Source: Desulfuromonadales bacterium (GTDB taxonomy: Bacteria > Desulfobacterota > Desulfuromonadia > Desulfuromonadales > SZUA-540). Taken from it: a stretch of 64,000 bases of DNA. The stretch spans positions 32,001 to 96,000 of the forward strand of contig JAWSUS010000004.1 in assembly GCA_033549025.1 (NCBI GenBank), read 5' to 3'. Below the pieces are notes generated by a model. The model did not search any database. It was given only the letters and a program-made list of their open reading frames with translations, and was not told the DNA's origin. Both the position numbers and the translations under genes were made by a program. Positions 21,697 through 32,159 of the stretch are shown here, in pieces; position 1 is the stretch's first letter; each line of letters opens with the position of its first letter.

Positions 21697-22387
21697 TCTC
21701 CACCTGCTCCCACTTCAGGCGAAATCCCTGTGAAAGGTGCACCTCCGTGTCGGCTATGGTGCAATCGGGCCGCTTGCGGTAATGCACGAAATAGATGGGA
21801 AGGCCCTGATCGAGGAAGCGGCGCATGTATTTGGAAACGGGATAGCCGGGGCGCGTCGTGCTCAAAGCTTCGGTCTGGCAGTTGGTATAGCCGTCCATGG
21901 CGGCGATGGTGTCGGCGACATCTTCGGCGTAATCCTGAAAGTCGGTGGCAAAGTTCAGCTCTCCGCCGGGGCGAAGATAAAGAAGGGCCATCTGCAGAAA
22001 GGCCGCGTTCAGCAGCCGCCGGGAGCGGTGGCGTTTTTTGGGCCAGGGGTCGGGGCAGTTGATGTAAATGGCCTCCAGGCTCTCTTTGGGGATGAAATTG
22101 GCCAGCAGGTAGCGGGCTTCGGACCGCATGACGCGTACGTTTTTGAGGCCGGCCTGGTCAATTTTTTTACAGGTCTTGTAGCAGCCCTTGTTGTAGATGT
22201 CGATGGCCAGGTAGTTGCGCTCCGGGTGGCGGGCGGCCAGCTGCGTGATAAAATCGCCGATGCCGCAGCCGATTTCCAGACAGAGGGGCTGGTCGTTGTC
22301 AAAAAAAGAAGAGATGTCCTCCCCCGCGGCGAGCATCGGCTCGGTGAGGAAGGATTCGGAGGTGATCTCGATTACGCGCTGCGTCAT
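21689..22387 (-). CDS. trmB: tRNA (guanine-N7)-methyltransferase
   Basis: LEIGCGIGDF, PDPWPKKRH and ATD motifs. Start taken at ATG 22387. Confidence 0.93.
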   Translation of the reverse strand: MTQRVIEITSESFLTEPMLAAGEDISSFFDNDQPLCLEIGCGIGDFITQLAARHPERNYLAIDIYNKGCYKTCKKIDQAGLKNVRVMRSEARYLLANFIPKESLEAIYINCPDPWPKKRHRSRRLLNAAFLQMALLYLRPGGELNFATDFQDYAEDVADTIAAMDGYTNCQTEALSTTRPGYPVSKYMRRFLDQGLPIYFVHYRKRPDCTIADTEVHLSQGFRLKWEQVENG

Positions 22388-22473
22388 GTGGTGCCTTTCT
22401 GAATGTCCTGTTTTGACGCAGAAAACTAGCACAGGCCGCGGCATTTTTCAATGATGGCGGCCAGACCTGACGG

Positions 22474-22797
22474 TTATTTCCGACTGGACAGAAAGTCGAC
22501 CAGGGCTCTGAGGTCCTCCGCCGAGAGATGCGTCATGCCCGGCATGATGGAGTCGGGGTTGCGGGCTTTGGGATTGAGAAGCTGTTGCTCGATCTGGTCG
22601 GCCTCCAGGCGTCTGCCCACCCCGTCGAGGGCCGGTCCCCTGTTGCCGCCGCTCCCTTCCAGGCTGTGACACCCCTTGCATCCCTGGGCGTTGATGAGTC
22701 GGCGGGCGGTGCTCTCGTCAGCCCCGGCCAGGGTCGTCAGCAGGAGCAGGCTTACCAGCAGGGCGAATCCGCACTTTATGGGGGCGAAGTCTTTCAT
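22474..22797 (-). CDS. Periplasmic monoheme cytochrome c
   Basis: Signal peptide, single CKGCH heme motif, GPALDG, and distal Met in SIMP. Confidence 0.88.
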   Translation of the reverse strand: MKDFAPIKCGFALLVSLLLLTTLAGADESTARRLINAQGCKGCHSLEGSGGNRGPALDGVGRRLEADQIEQQLLNPKARNPDSIMPGMTHLSAEDLRALVDFLSSRK

Positions 22798-23019
22798 GAC
22801 AAATCCTCTCTGTACACGGAAGTCGTGGAAAAAGGCGGCGATCTGGTCAGGATACTCGACGATACCCGAATTGCAACAGGGCTTTGGCTGTCACTCTGAC
22901 AAAAAAGTTGAATTCTTTCCGGGGGGTGGCTAATCTAAGCCGTTGTCGCCACGGTTTTGTGTCAGAAAGGCGGAAAACCGTTTCAGGGGAAGAAGGCGCT
23001 TTGCCAAGGAGTCTGGATT

Positions 23020-24030
23020 ATGCTTATCGTCATGGACCACAATGCCACCGACCAACAGATCGACGCCGTCAAAAAAGCCATCGAGGCGATGGGCCTGCGG
23101 GCCGAACCCATTCCCGGCAGTCTGCGCACCGCGATCGGCGTGCTGGGAAACCAGGGTTATGTCGACGATACCTCCATCCGCGAACTTCCCGGCGTGCGCG
23201 AAACCATCCATGTCAGCAAACCATACAAGATGGTCTCCCGCGATTTTCATCCTGTTTCGACGGTCGTCAAGGTCGGCGACATCGCCATTGGCGATGGGCA
23301 TCCGCCCGTCATCATCGCCGGTCCCTGCTCCATCGAGACCGAAGAACAGATGCTGGCCGCCGCCCACCTGGTCAAAGCCGCCGGTGCCCACATCCTGCGC
23401 GGTGGGGCCTTCAAACCGCGTACCGGTCCTCACTCCTTTCAGGGGTTGGGCGTCGACGGACTCAAATATCTGCGCCAGGCGGGCGATGCGGCCGGACTGC
23501 CGGTCATCACCGAGGTCATGCGTATCGAGCAGCTTGAACCCGTCTGCCGCTATGCCGATGTTCTGCAGATCGGCGCCCGCAACATGCAGAACTTTGACCT
23601 GCTTAAAGAGGTCGGCAAGCTCAAATGTCCCGTGCTGCTCAAGCGCGGCATGAGCGCCACTCTGGAGGAGTTCCTCGCCGCCGCCGAGTACATCGTCGCC
23701 GAGGGGAACAATCAGGTCATCCTCTGCGAACGCGGCATCCGCACCTTTGAACGAGCCACCCGCAACACCCTGGACCTTTCCGTTGTCCCCCTCATCCGGG
23801 AGATGAGCCACCTGCCCATCATCGTCGATCCCAGCCATGCCACGGGCAAACGCTCGCTGGTGCCGGTCATGGGCAAGGCCGCGCTGGTGGCCGGCGCCCA
23901 CGGCCTGATGATCGAGGTGCATCCCGAACCGGAAAAAGCCCTGTGCGACGGCGCCCAGAGCCTCAACGGGCCGGGCTTCGGCCAATTGATGGAGGAAATC
24001 CGCCGCCTGCAGCAGTTCCTCGACGCCTAG
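23020..24030 (+). CDS. aroF: 3-deoxy-7-phosphoheptulonate (DAHP) synthase, type I-beta
   Basis: [38 protein letters not shown] and DPSH motifs. Start at ATG 23020 after AAGGAG. Confidence 0.95.
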   Translation: MLIVMDHNATDQQIDAVKKAIEAMGLRAEPIPGSLRTAIGVLGNQGYVDDTSIRELPGVRETIHVSKPYKMVSRDFHPVSTVVKVGDIAIGDGHPPVIIAGPCSIETEEQMLAAAHLVKAAGAHILRGGAFKPRTGPHSFQGLGVDGLKYLRQAGDAAGLPVITEVMRIEQLEPVCRYADVLQIGARNMQNFDLLKEVGKLKCPVLLKRGMSATLEEFLAAAEYIVAEGNNQVILCERGIRTFERATRNTLDLSVVPLIREMSHLPIIVDPSHATGKRSLVPVMGKAALVAGAHGLMIEVHPEPEKALCDGAQSLNGPGFGQLMEEIRRLQQFLDA

Positions 24031-24890
24031 CCCTCGGCCTTGCCGGTCAGGTTAAAGAGGGTGATTTCCGGCCGGCAGAGAAAGCGGACGGGAAGCAGGC
24101 TGGTGCCGATGCCCCGATTGACATAAAGGGGTGTGGCGGTGGGGCCGACGCGGTAGAGGCCGCTGACGAAGCCACCCGTATAGCGGGGGAGGTAGAGGGG
24201 GGAGAAAAAAGGCAGACGAACCTGACCGCCGTGGGTGTGACCGCAGCAGATCAGGTCGATGCGGCCATCCAGTTTTTCATGGCTGAAGGCCGGCACATGG
24301 GAGAGGAGCAGATTCACCCGTTCAGGGTTCGCCTGTTCCTGAAGGGCCAGGAGGTCGCTTTCCCGCGACGGGTAGTCAAGTCCCAGCAGCGACAGTTCCA
24401 TCCCCCCGGCTTGCACATCCTCCCGCTGGTTGGTGAGCAGGGTGATGCCGATTTTTTTGAAATGTCGGCGCAGGGGCTCTCCTTCGATGCGCGCCCAGTA
24501 CTCCCAGTTCCCCTGCACGGCGAAGATGCCGGCCGACGCCCGCAGAAGTCTGAGAAACTCCAGCGCCGCCGGCAGGTTGCGGCTTTCCTCGATGTAGTCG
24601 CCGGTGAGCAGGATGATATCCGGCTGCAGTGCGTTGGCGACCTCGGCTACCCGGCGGAAATAGGGGCGGAACTGGCCGATGTGAGTGTCGGAGAGTTGAA
24701 CGACCCGCACCTGCGTGCCGGCGGGCGCCTTGGACAGGGGGGTGTCCAGCCGCTCGATCTGCAGGGCCGTCGGTTCGCGCAGAAAGGCGTTGCCCAGGGC
24801 TGCTCCTCCCAGGCCCAGGCCTGTCCACTGCAAAAACCGTCGCCGGGACAGCCCCCTTGACGGACTTTTAGGTGTTTTTTCTTTCTTCAC
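24027..24890 (-). CDS. Metallophosphoesterase with Tat signal peptide
   Basis: SRRRFL twin-arginine motif; DTH, GDY, GNWE and GHTHGGQV motifs. Confidence 0.88.
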   Translation of the reverse strand: MKKEKTPKSPSRGLSRRRFLQWTGLGLGGAALGNAFLREPTALQIERLDTPLSKAPAGTQVRVVQLSDTHIGQFRPYFRRVAEVANALQPDIILLTGDYIEESRNLPAALEFLRLLRASAGIFAVQGNWEYWARIEGEPLRRHFKKIGITLLTNQREDVQAGGMELSLLGLDYPSRESDLLALQEQANPERVNLLLSHVPAFSHEKLDGRIDLICCGHTHGGQVRLPFFSPLYLPRYTGGFVSGLYRVGPTATPLYVNRGIGTSLLPVRFLCRPEITLFNLTGKAEG

Positions 24891-25083
24891 GCTCTCTCCC
24901 CAGCAGATCGGATTTCATGGGAATGACGGTGGCCGCCAGCGATGAGGGCACAGTATAATCCACCTGCCGGCCGATGACCAGCGCCACCCCCTGTCTTGCC
25001 CCTGCCGGTGGCCTGATATATAGTTTAACCCTGTTTGGATTAATTTTGACAGACAACCCCGTTTGAGCAAGGGAGAGAAGACC

Positions 25084-26286
25084 ATGAGTCAAGGACGAGA
25101 GATCTGCCCGGGCGTCTACTGGACCGGCGTGAAAAATCCTGACCTGCAGGTGTTCGACGAACTTTTTCCCACCCGTCAGGGAACGACGTACAACGCCTAC
25201 CTGGTCAAGGGCAAGGACAAAACCGCCCTGATCGATACGGTGAAGGAAGAGTTTTCAAAAGAATATTTCACCATTCTTGCCGACATCATTGCCACGGAAA
25301 AGATCGACCTGGTGGTGGTCAACCACACCGAGCCCGATCATACCGGCGCGCTGGAAGAGCTGGTGCAACGGCATCCCGAGATCGAGATCTACTGCACCCG
25401 CGCCGCCGACAATTTTCTCAAGCAGCTCATCGATATTCCCCTCAAGACCCATGTGGTGGCCGAGGGGGACGAGATCGATCTGGGCGGGCGTACGCTGCGC
25501 TTCATTCTCGCCCCGAATCTGCACTGGCCCGACACCATGTTCACCTATCTGCCCGAGGAGGAAATCCTCTTCAGCTGCGATGCCTTTGGCGCCCATTTCT
25601 GTGGCGACGGTCTCTACGACGATCAGGTCGGGGATTTCTCGGAAGAATACCGCTTCTACTTCGATACCATCATGCGCCCCTTCAAGGAGAAGATCCGCGA
25701 GGCGGTCAGCAAGGTGGCTTCCCTGCCCATACGCCTGGTCTGCCCGTCCCACGGACCCCTGCGCCGCCAGGGAGCCAAAGAGTCTATCGACGGTTACGCC
25801 CGCATGGCGGCCCCCCCGGCAGACGAGGGCCTGCGCGCGCTGACCCTGACCCTGTCTCCCCACGGCAATACCCGCACCATGGCCGCCGCGGTACGTCGGG
25901 GTCTGGAAGAGTTCGGGGTCAAGGTGGTGGAGTTGGCCCTCTATGAGGCCGAGGAGGGCGAAATCCGCGATGAACTGGAGCAGGCCGACGCCCTGCTGAT
26001 GGCGACGCCGACCATCAATCGCGATGCACCGCCGCCGGTGTGGAAGGCCCTCTCCCTGCTTTCCACCGTAACCCCAAGGGGGAAGATCGCCGGTGTCTTT
26101 GGTTCCTACGGCTGGAGCGGCGAGGCGGTCAAGTTGGTGGAGGATCGTCTGGCCGGTCTTAAATACACGCTACCCGAAGAGGGGATTCACTTCCGCTTCA
26201 AGCCGACGGAGGCCGACGTGCAGGCCTGTCAGGAGTTCGGCCGCAAAATCGGGCGCTATCTGGCCGAACACCATAAGGCTGGTTGA
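25084..26286 (+). CDS. fprA: Flavodiiron protein (FprA/A-type flavoprotein; O2/NO reductase)
   Basis: GTTYNAY, NHTEPDH, LHWPD, SCDAFG, PSHG, and flavodoxin FGSYGWSGEA. Confidence 0.92.
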   Translation: MSQGREICPGVYWTGVKNPDLQVFDELFPTRQGTTYNAYLVKGKDKTALIDTVKEEFSKEYFTILADIIATEKIDLVVVNHTEPDHTGALEELVQRHPEIEIYCTRAADNFLKQLIDIPLKTHVVAEGDEIDLGGRTLRFILAPNLHWPDTMFTYLPEEEILFSCDAFGAHFCGDGLYDDQVGDFSEEYRFYFDTIMRPFKEKIREAVSKVASLPIRLVCPSHGPLRRQGAKESIDGYARMAAPPADEGLRALTLTLSPHGNTRTMAAAVRRGLEEFGVKVVELALYEAEEGEIRDELEQADALLMATPTINRDAPPPVWKALSLLSTVTPRGKIAGVFGSYGWSGEAVKLVEDRLAGLKYTLPEEGIHFRFKPTEADVQACQEFGRKIGRYLAEHHKAG

Positions 26287-26386
26287 GGCTGACGCCATGT
26301 TGCCCATGCCATGCCCCGACGGAGGACTCTCCTTCGCCGGGGTTTCTGTGTCCATCTCATTGTGATTAAAGGAAAGGTGACTCGTT

Positions 26387-27727
26387 TTGCTCTCTCACAT
26401 CATGTCCACCGTCAATGGATTTGTCTGGGGCCCGGTGATGCTGGCTTTTCTGGTCGGCACCGGCGTCTATCTGAGTTTTCGTCTCGGGTTTCTGCAGTTC
26501 CGTCAGTTGCCGCGGGCACTGCGACTGGTTTTCATAAAGCCGGACGGCGAGGCCCTTGAAGGGGACATCTCGCCCTTTCAGGCGCTGACCACCGCCCTGT
26601 CGGCGACTATCGGCACCGGCAATATCGCCGGTGTGGCCACCGCCATTTTTCTCGGTGGGCCAGGCGCCATCTTCTGGATGTGGGTCTGCGCTCTGTTCGG
26701 TATGGCCACCAAGTACGCCGAGGCGGTGCTGGCCGTCAAATATCGCGAGCATCTGCCCGACGGCACCATGCAGGGCGGCCCCATGCGCTATATTGCCGAA
26801 GGGTTGGGCCTCAAATGGCTCGGCTGGATTTTTGCTCTTTTCGGCAGCATCGCCGCCTTCGGCATCGGCAGCATGGTGCAGTCGAATTCGGTGGCCCTGG
26901 CCCTTGAAGACGCCTGGGGGGTCTCGCCCCTGGCCAGCGGCATTGTCCTGGCTGTGCTGACCGGTATCGTCATCATCGGCGGCATCCGCCGCATCGGCAA
27001 GGTGACCGAAAAGCTGGTGCCGATCATGGGCGTTTTCTACGTGGCCGGCGCTCTGCTTATCCTCGTTCTCAATGCCGACAAGGTTCCCGGCGCCTTCGCC
27101 CTGATATTCAGTCACGCCTTCGCCCCGGCCTCGGCGGCGGGAGGTTTTGCCGGGGCCGCCGTCTCCGCCGCCATCCGCTTCGGCGTGGCCCGGGGGGTCT
27201 TCTCCAACGAGGCGGGCCTGGGCAGCGCCCCCATCGCCCATGCCGCCGCCAGGACCAAAAGCCCGGTGCGTCAGGGGCTCATCGCCATGACGGGGGTCTT
27301 TTTCGACACCATCATCGTCTGTTCCATGACGGCCCTGGTCATTCTGTCCACGGGCGTGTGGACTAGTGGCGCCACCTCCAGTGCCCTGACTCAGGCGGCC
27401 TTCAACGCCGGTATGCCCGGCCCCGGCGGGCTCATCGTCACCATTGGCATCGCCGTCTTCGCCTATTCAACCATGATCGGTTGGGCCTACTACGGTGAAG
27501 AGTGCATCGAATATCTCTTCGGCATGAAGGCTCGCACCCCCTACCGCTACATCTTCTGTCTGGTTATCGCCATCGGCGCCGTGCAGAAGGTCGGCTTTGT
27601 CTGGGATTTCAGCGACACCATGAATGGCGCGATGGCCATCCCCAACCTCATCGGCCTGATCGGCCTCTCCGGGGTGGTGGTAAAGGTGACCCGTGAGGCC
27701 CTGAGCGAACCGGAGAAATACCTCTGA
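26387..27727 (+). CDS. Alanine/glycine:cation symporter (AGCS family)
   Basis: TIGTGNIAGVA, GGPGAIFWMW, GGPMRYI and RGVFSNEAGLGSAPIAHA motifs. Confidence 0.95.
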   Translation: MLSHIMSTVNGFVWGPVMLAFLVGTGVYLSFRLGFLQFRQLPRALRLVFIKPDGEALEGDISPFQALTTALSATIGTGNIAGVATAIFLGGPGAIFWMWVCALFGMATKYAEAVLAVKYREHLPDGTMQGGPMRYIAEGLGLKWLGWIFALFGSIAAFGIGSMVQSNSVALALEDAWGVSPLASGIVLAVLTGIVIIGGIRRIGKVTEKLVPIMGVFYVAGALLILVLNADKVPGAFALIFSHAFAPASAAGGFAGAAVSAAIRFGVARGVFSNEAGLGSAPIAHAAARTKSPVRQGLIAMTGVFFDTIIVCSMTALVILSTGVWTSGATSSALTQAAFNAGMPGPGGLIVTIGIAVFAYSTMIGWAYYGEECIEYLFGMKARTPYRYIFCLVIAIGAVQKVGFVWDFSDTMNGAMAIPNLIGLIGLSGVVVKVTREALSEPEKYL

Positions 27728-27756
27728 TCACCAAGGATGACAAAGGGGCGGCTTGC

Positions 27757-29940
27757 CTGATTGCCACCGTCGCCGTGGCTGCCCCTCTCGATAAGACGCT
27801 CGCCTATCGGGTACCGGCGGCCCTGGTCTCTGCGGCCCGGGTCGGCTTGCGGGTGCGGGTGCCGCTGGGGAGGCGGCAGGCCACCGGTTATCTGCTCGAG
27901 GTAAGGGAAGGGGAGGGCGAGAGTCTCAAAGAGGTCGCCGAGATCCTCGACCGCGAGCCCCTTTTCAGCCAGGAGTTGGCGGCCTTTTACCTGCGCGCGG
28001 CGGACTACTACCTCTACCCGCCGGGCGAGGCCGTGCGCACGGCGCTGCCCGCCGGACTGTCCGGACGTGGGGCCGATGTGGCGGTGCTGCGCGAGCGCGT
28101 CTATTTTCCTCTCGAACAGGAGGGGCAGCCTTCGGGGGGGCGCCAGCGGGAGATTTTCGCTTACGTTCGCCTCCAGGGTCGGGCCACCCTGACGGACATT
28201 CGGGGGCAGTTTCCTTCCCCCTATGCACCCTTGGCCCGCCTGGTCGAGTTGGGCTTTGTCCGGGAAGACGAGGTGGAGAAGGTGCGCGACCCTTTCTTCG
28301 CCGCCCCTGTGCCCGCCGACGTGCCCGTGGAACCCTCACCTGATCAAGCCGAAGCCCTGCGGGCCATCGAGAGCGCCCTGGAGACCGGCGGCTTCGCGCC
28401 CTTTCTGCTGCACGGCGTCACCGGCAGCGGCAAAACAGAAGTCTATCTGCGGGCCATCGCCCGGGCTGTGGCACTCGGCCGCACGGCCTTGGTGCTGGTG
28501 CCGGAAATCGCTTTGACTCCCCAGCTGGTCGGCCGCTTTCGGGCCCGTTTCCGCGACGGCGGACCGGCCATTGCCGTGCTGCACAGCGGCTTGTCCGACG
28601 GCGAACGCTACGATGCCTGGCGGGCCATTGCCCGTGGTGAAGTGTCTATCGTCATCGGCGCCCGCTCGGCCCTCTTCGCTCCCCTGGCCGACCTCGGCAT
28701 CATCGTGGTGGACGAGGAACACGAGGCCAGCTACAAACAGGGGGAGGGGTTTCGCTACAACGCCCGCGATCTCGCTCTCATGCGGGCCCAGATGAGCCAG
28801 GCGACCATCGTGCTGGGCAGCGCCACCCCGGCGGTCACCACCTGTCACCGGGCTCTGGACGGTCAGATGGGGTATCTGCGTCTGACGGGACGGGTTTCGG
28901 ATCGCTCGCTGCCGGCCGTCGAGCTGGTGGACATGCGGGGCGAAGCCCTGACCGGCGCCCTCTCGCCGTCCCTGACTGGCGCCCTCGAAGTCAATCTGGA
29001 GAAGGGGGAGCAGTCCCTGCTGTTGCTGAACCGCCGCGGGTTTTCCCCCTACCTGCTCTGCGCTGATTGCGGCGCCACCTTCCGTTGCCCCAACTGCGAA
29101 ATCACCCTCACCTATCACCAGGGCGCCCGCCAGCTGCGCTGCCACTATTGCGACTACCACCTGACGCCACCCGACCTCTGCCCCTCCTGCCGGGGCGGTT
29201 CCATCCTGCCCGAGGGGACAGGTACCGAGCGGCTGGAAGAGGAGTTGCGCGGCCTTTTTCCGAAGGCCCGCATTGCCCGCATGGATCGGGATACCATGGG
29301 GCGCAAGGGAGCCCATGGGCAGCTGGTGTCCCGCATGGAGGCGGGCGAAGTCGATATCCTGGTCGGCACCCAGATGATCGCCAAGGGGCTCGATTTTCCC
29401 GGGGTGACCCTGGTCGGGGTCGTCAATGCCGATTCTACCCTCAATTTTCCCGACTTTCGCTGTGCCGAGCGCACCTTTTCCCTGCTCACCCAGGTGGCGG
29501 GCCGGGCCGGGCGGGGGGAGAAGGCGGGGCGCGTTCTCATCCAGACCTATTCCCCCGAGCACTATGCCCTGACCTGCGCCGCCAACCACGATTATGGCGA
29601 CTTTTACCAGCAGGAAATCGGTTTTCGCCAGGAGCTGGGCTACCCCCCTTTCGGCTATCTGGCCAACCTGGTTCTCGCCGGCAACGAGGCGGGAAAAGTG
29701 CAGAGCGCGGCGGATACCCTGGCCCAGACTCTGGCCGAAACGGCCGGCCCGGTCGAGGTCCTCGGTCCGGCTCCCTGCCCGCTGTCCCGTCTGCGTGGCA
29801 AAACCCGCGTTCAGATTCTGCTCAAATCCCCCCAACGCCCCCCGCTGCGCCGCCTTCTGCACCGGCTCGCCGTTATGCGGCATAAAGTCGGGGCGGGCGT
29901 CCTTCTCTCCATTGATGTCGATCCTCTCGACATGCTGTGA
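27757..29940 (+). CDS. priA: Primosomal protein N' (replication restart helicase)
   Basis: LHGVTGSGKTEVY, DEEH, two CxxC..CxxC Zn motifs, and QVAGRAGR. The ORF track starts at GTG 27775, but the frame extends to CTG 27757 (LIATVAVAAPL). Confidence 0.95.
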   Translation: MIATVAVAAPLDKTLAYRVPAALVSAARVGLRVRVPLGRRQATGYLLEVREGEGESLKEVAEILDREPLFSQELAAFYLRAADYYLYPPGEAVRTALPAGLSGRGADVAVLRERVYFPLEQEGQPSGGRQREIFAYVRLQGRATLTDIRGQFPSPYAPLARLVELGFVREDEVEKVRDPFFAAPVPADVPVEPSPDQAEALRAIESALETGGFAPFLLHGVTGSGKTEVYLRAIARAVALGRTALVLVPEIALTPQLVGRFRARFRDGGPAIAVLHSGLSDGERYDAWRAIARGEVSIVIGARSALFAPLADLGIIVVDEEHEASYKQGEGFRYNARDLALMRAQMSQATIVLGSATPAVTTCHRALDGQMGYLRLTGRVSDRSLPAVELVDMRGEALTGALSPSLTGALEVNLEKGEQSLLLLNRRGFSPYLLCADCGATFRCPNCEITLTYHQGARQLRCHYCDYHLTPPDLCPSCRGGSILPEGTGTERLEEELRGLFPKARIARMDRDTMGRKGAHGQLVSRMEAGEVDILVGTQMIAKGLDFPGVTLVGVVNADSTLNFPDFRCAERTFSLLTQVAGRAGRGEKAGRVLIQTYSPEHYALTCAANHDYGDFYQQEIGFRQELGYPPFGYLANLVLAGNEAGKVQSAADTLAQTLAETAGPVEVLGPAPCPLSRLRGKTRVQILLKSPQRPPLRRLLHRLAVMRHKVGAGVLLSIDVDPLDML

Positions 29941-29988
29941 TTAAAAAATAGCCAGCACGCCTATCCTTCCGGGCCTCGAACTTTTTTC

Positions 29989-30005
29989 TGCGCAATCATT
30001 GTGCA
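29989..30005. promoter_or_regulatory. NtrC-type enhancer-binding-protein site upstream of gdhA
   Basis: TGCGCAATCATTGTGCA closely matches the TGCAC-N7-GTGCA palindrome, ~145 bp upstream of a sigma-54-like element. Confidence 0.6.
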
Positions 30006-30147
30006 GACAGCGGCCGTCCTTGAGTAATCGCTGAGCAACTCATGTACTCAGTGGTTAAGATGAAGGCAGATTGGTCTTGGCTAAGACAAGGAGAATTTTC
30101 CTTTTTGATTAATATGTTAGCAGTAATTTTATAATAAAAGGGCTTTG

Positions 30148-30163
30148 TGGCACGGATCGTGGA
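30148..30163 (+). promoter_or_regulatory. Candidate sigma-54 promoter of gdhA
   Basis: TGGCACG-GATC-GTGGA: perfect -24 box, but GG in place of GC at -12. AT-rich tract upstream. Confidence 0.55.
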
Positions 30164-30172
30164 TTAGATTGA

Positions 30173-31594
<1,422 letters not shown>

Positions 31595-31626
31595 AAGCAC
31601 CAATCAATCTATATACCGCACCTTCG

Positions 31627-31656
31627 AGGGCCCGGCTTGCCGGGCCCTTTTTTTTT
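31627..31656 (+). terminator. Intrinsic terminator of gdhA
   Basis: AGGGCCCGGC-tt-GCCGGGCCCT followed by a T run. Confidence 0.9.
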
Positions 31657-31910
31657 GGGTCAGGCATGGCGCGTAGCGCCTTGACTGATACTGCTCTAGC
31701 TTTTGCGATAACGCAGATGACAAATGTTGGCTCGGGGGGTTGTTAAATGACGGCAATAGGTAGCAGGATTTGCCCTTCAACGGAGGGAATTTCTCGTTTC
31801 AAGACAAAAAAATCTTTTTTATAACCCTCGCATGTGACCCCCATGGCAGCGCTGTTATCAGGAGTTATCCCAAAATAGAGTCACGTTTTCCTGCCAGGAT
31901 TGGTGCAGGT

Positions 31911-31926
31911 TGGAACGCTTTGTGCT
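31911..31926 (+). promoter_or_regulatory. Sigma-54 (-24/-12) promoter upstream of the riboswitch
   Basis: TGGAACGCTTTGTGCT: GG-N10-GC in exact RpoN spacing. Predicted start near 31937, just before the aptamer. Confidence 0.7.
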
Positions 31927-31949
31927 CAGGTGGAGATTCCGTTTTAAAA

Positions 31950-32034
31950 TTCTCCGAACGGGCAAAGCCAGAGTGATCTGGTGACGCAAAGCTACGGGTC
32001 CTGTTTTTCAGGATAGCCGGGTTGCCGAAGAGAT
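31950..32034 (+). ncRNA. Cyclic di-GMP-I (GEMM) riboswitch aptamer
   Basis: GGGCAAA; P2 stem GCCAGA-GTGA(GNRA)-TCTGGT; GACGCAAAGC junction; P3 GGGTCCTG...CAGGATAGCC; closing GGGTTGCCGAA. All match GEMM-I hallmarks. Confidence 0.9.
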
Positions 32035-32072
32035 GAGACATGCATCTAGGCACCCGTGCGGGTTTATTGACC

Positions 32073-32117
32073 AAGAGCGCTCTCATCCTCGGAAGATGAG
32101 AGCGCTCTTTTGTTTTT
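32073..32117 (+). terminator. Leader (attenuator) terminator, the riboswitch expression platform
   Basis: 15-bp stem AAGAGCGCTCTCATC-ctcggaa-GATGAGAGCGCTCTT followed by TTGTTTTT, ~45 nt before the first ORF. Confidence 0.85.
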
Positions 32118-32159
32118 GCGTCTGCAATTTCTTTATTTGAGGCTGGGTACATACTGATC

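Noticed and set aside
26287..26386. Glycine riboswitch upstream of the AGCS symporter
   Set aside because: The gap is only ~100 nt and lacks the conserved aptamer motifs. The hairpin at ~26313-26343 is more likely a weak terminator.
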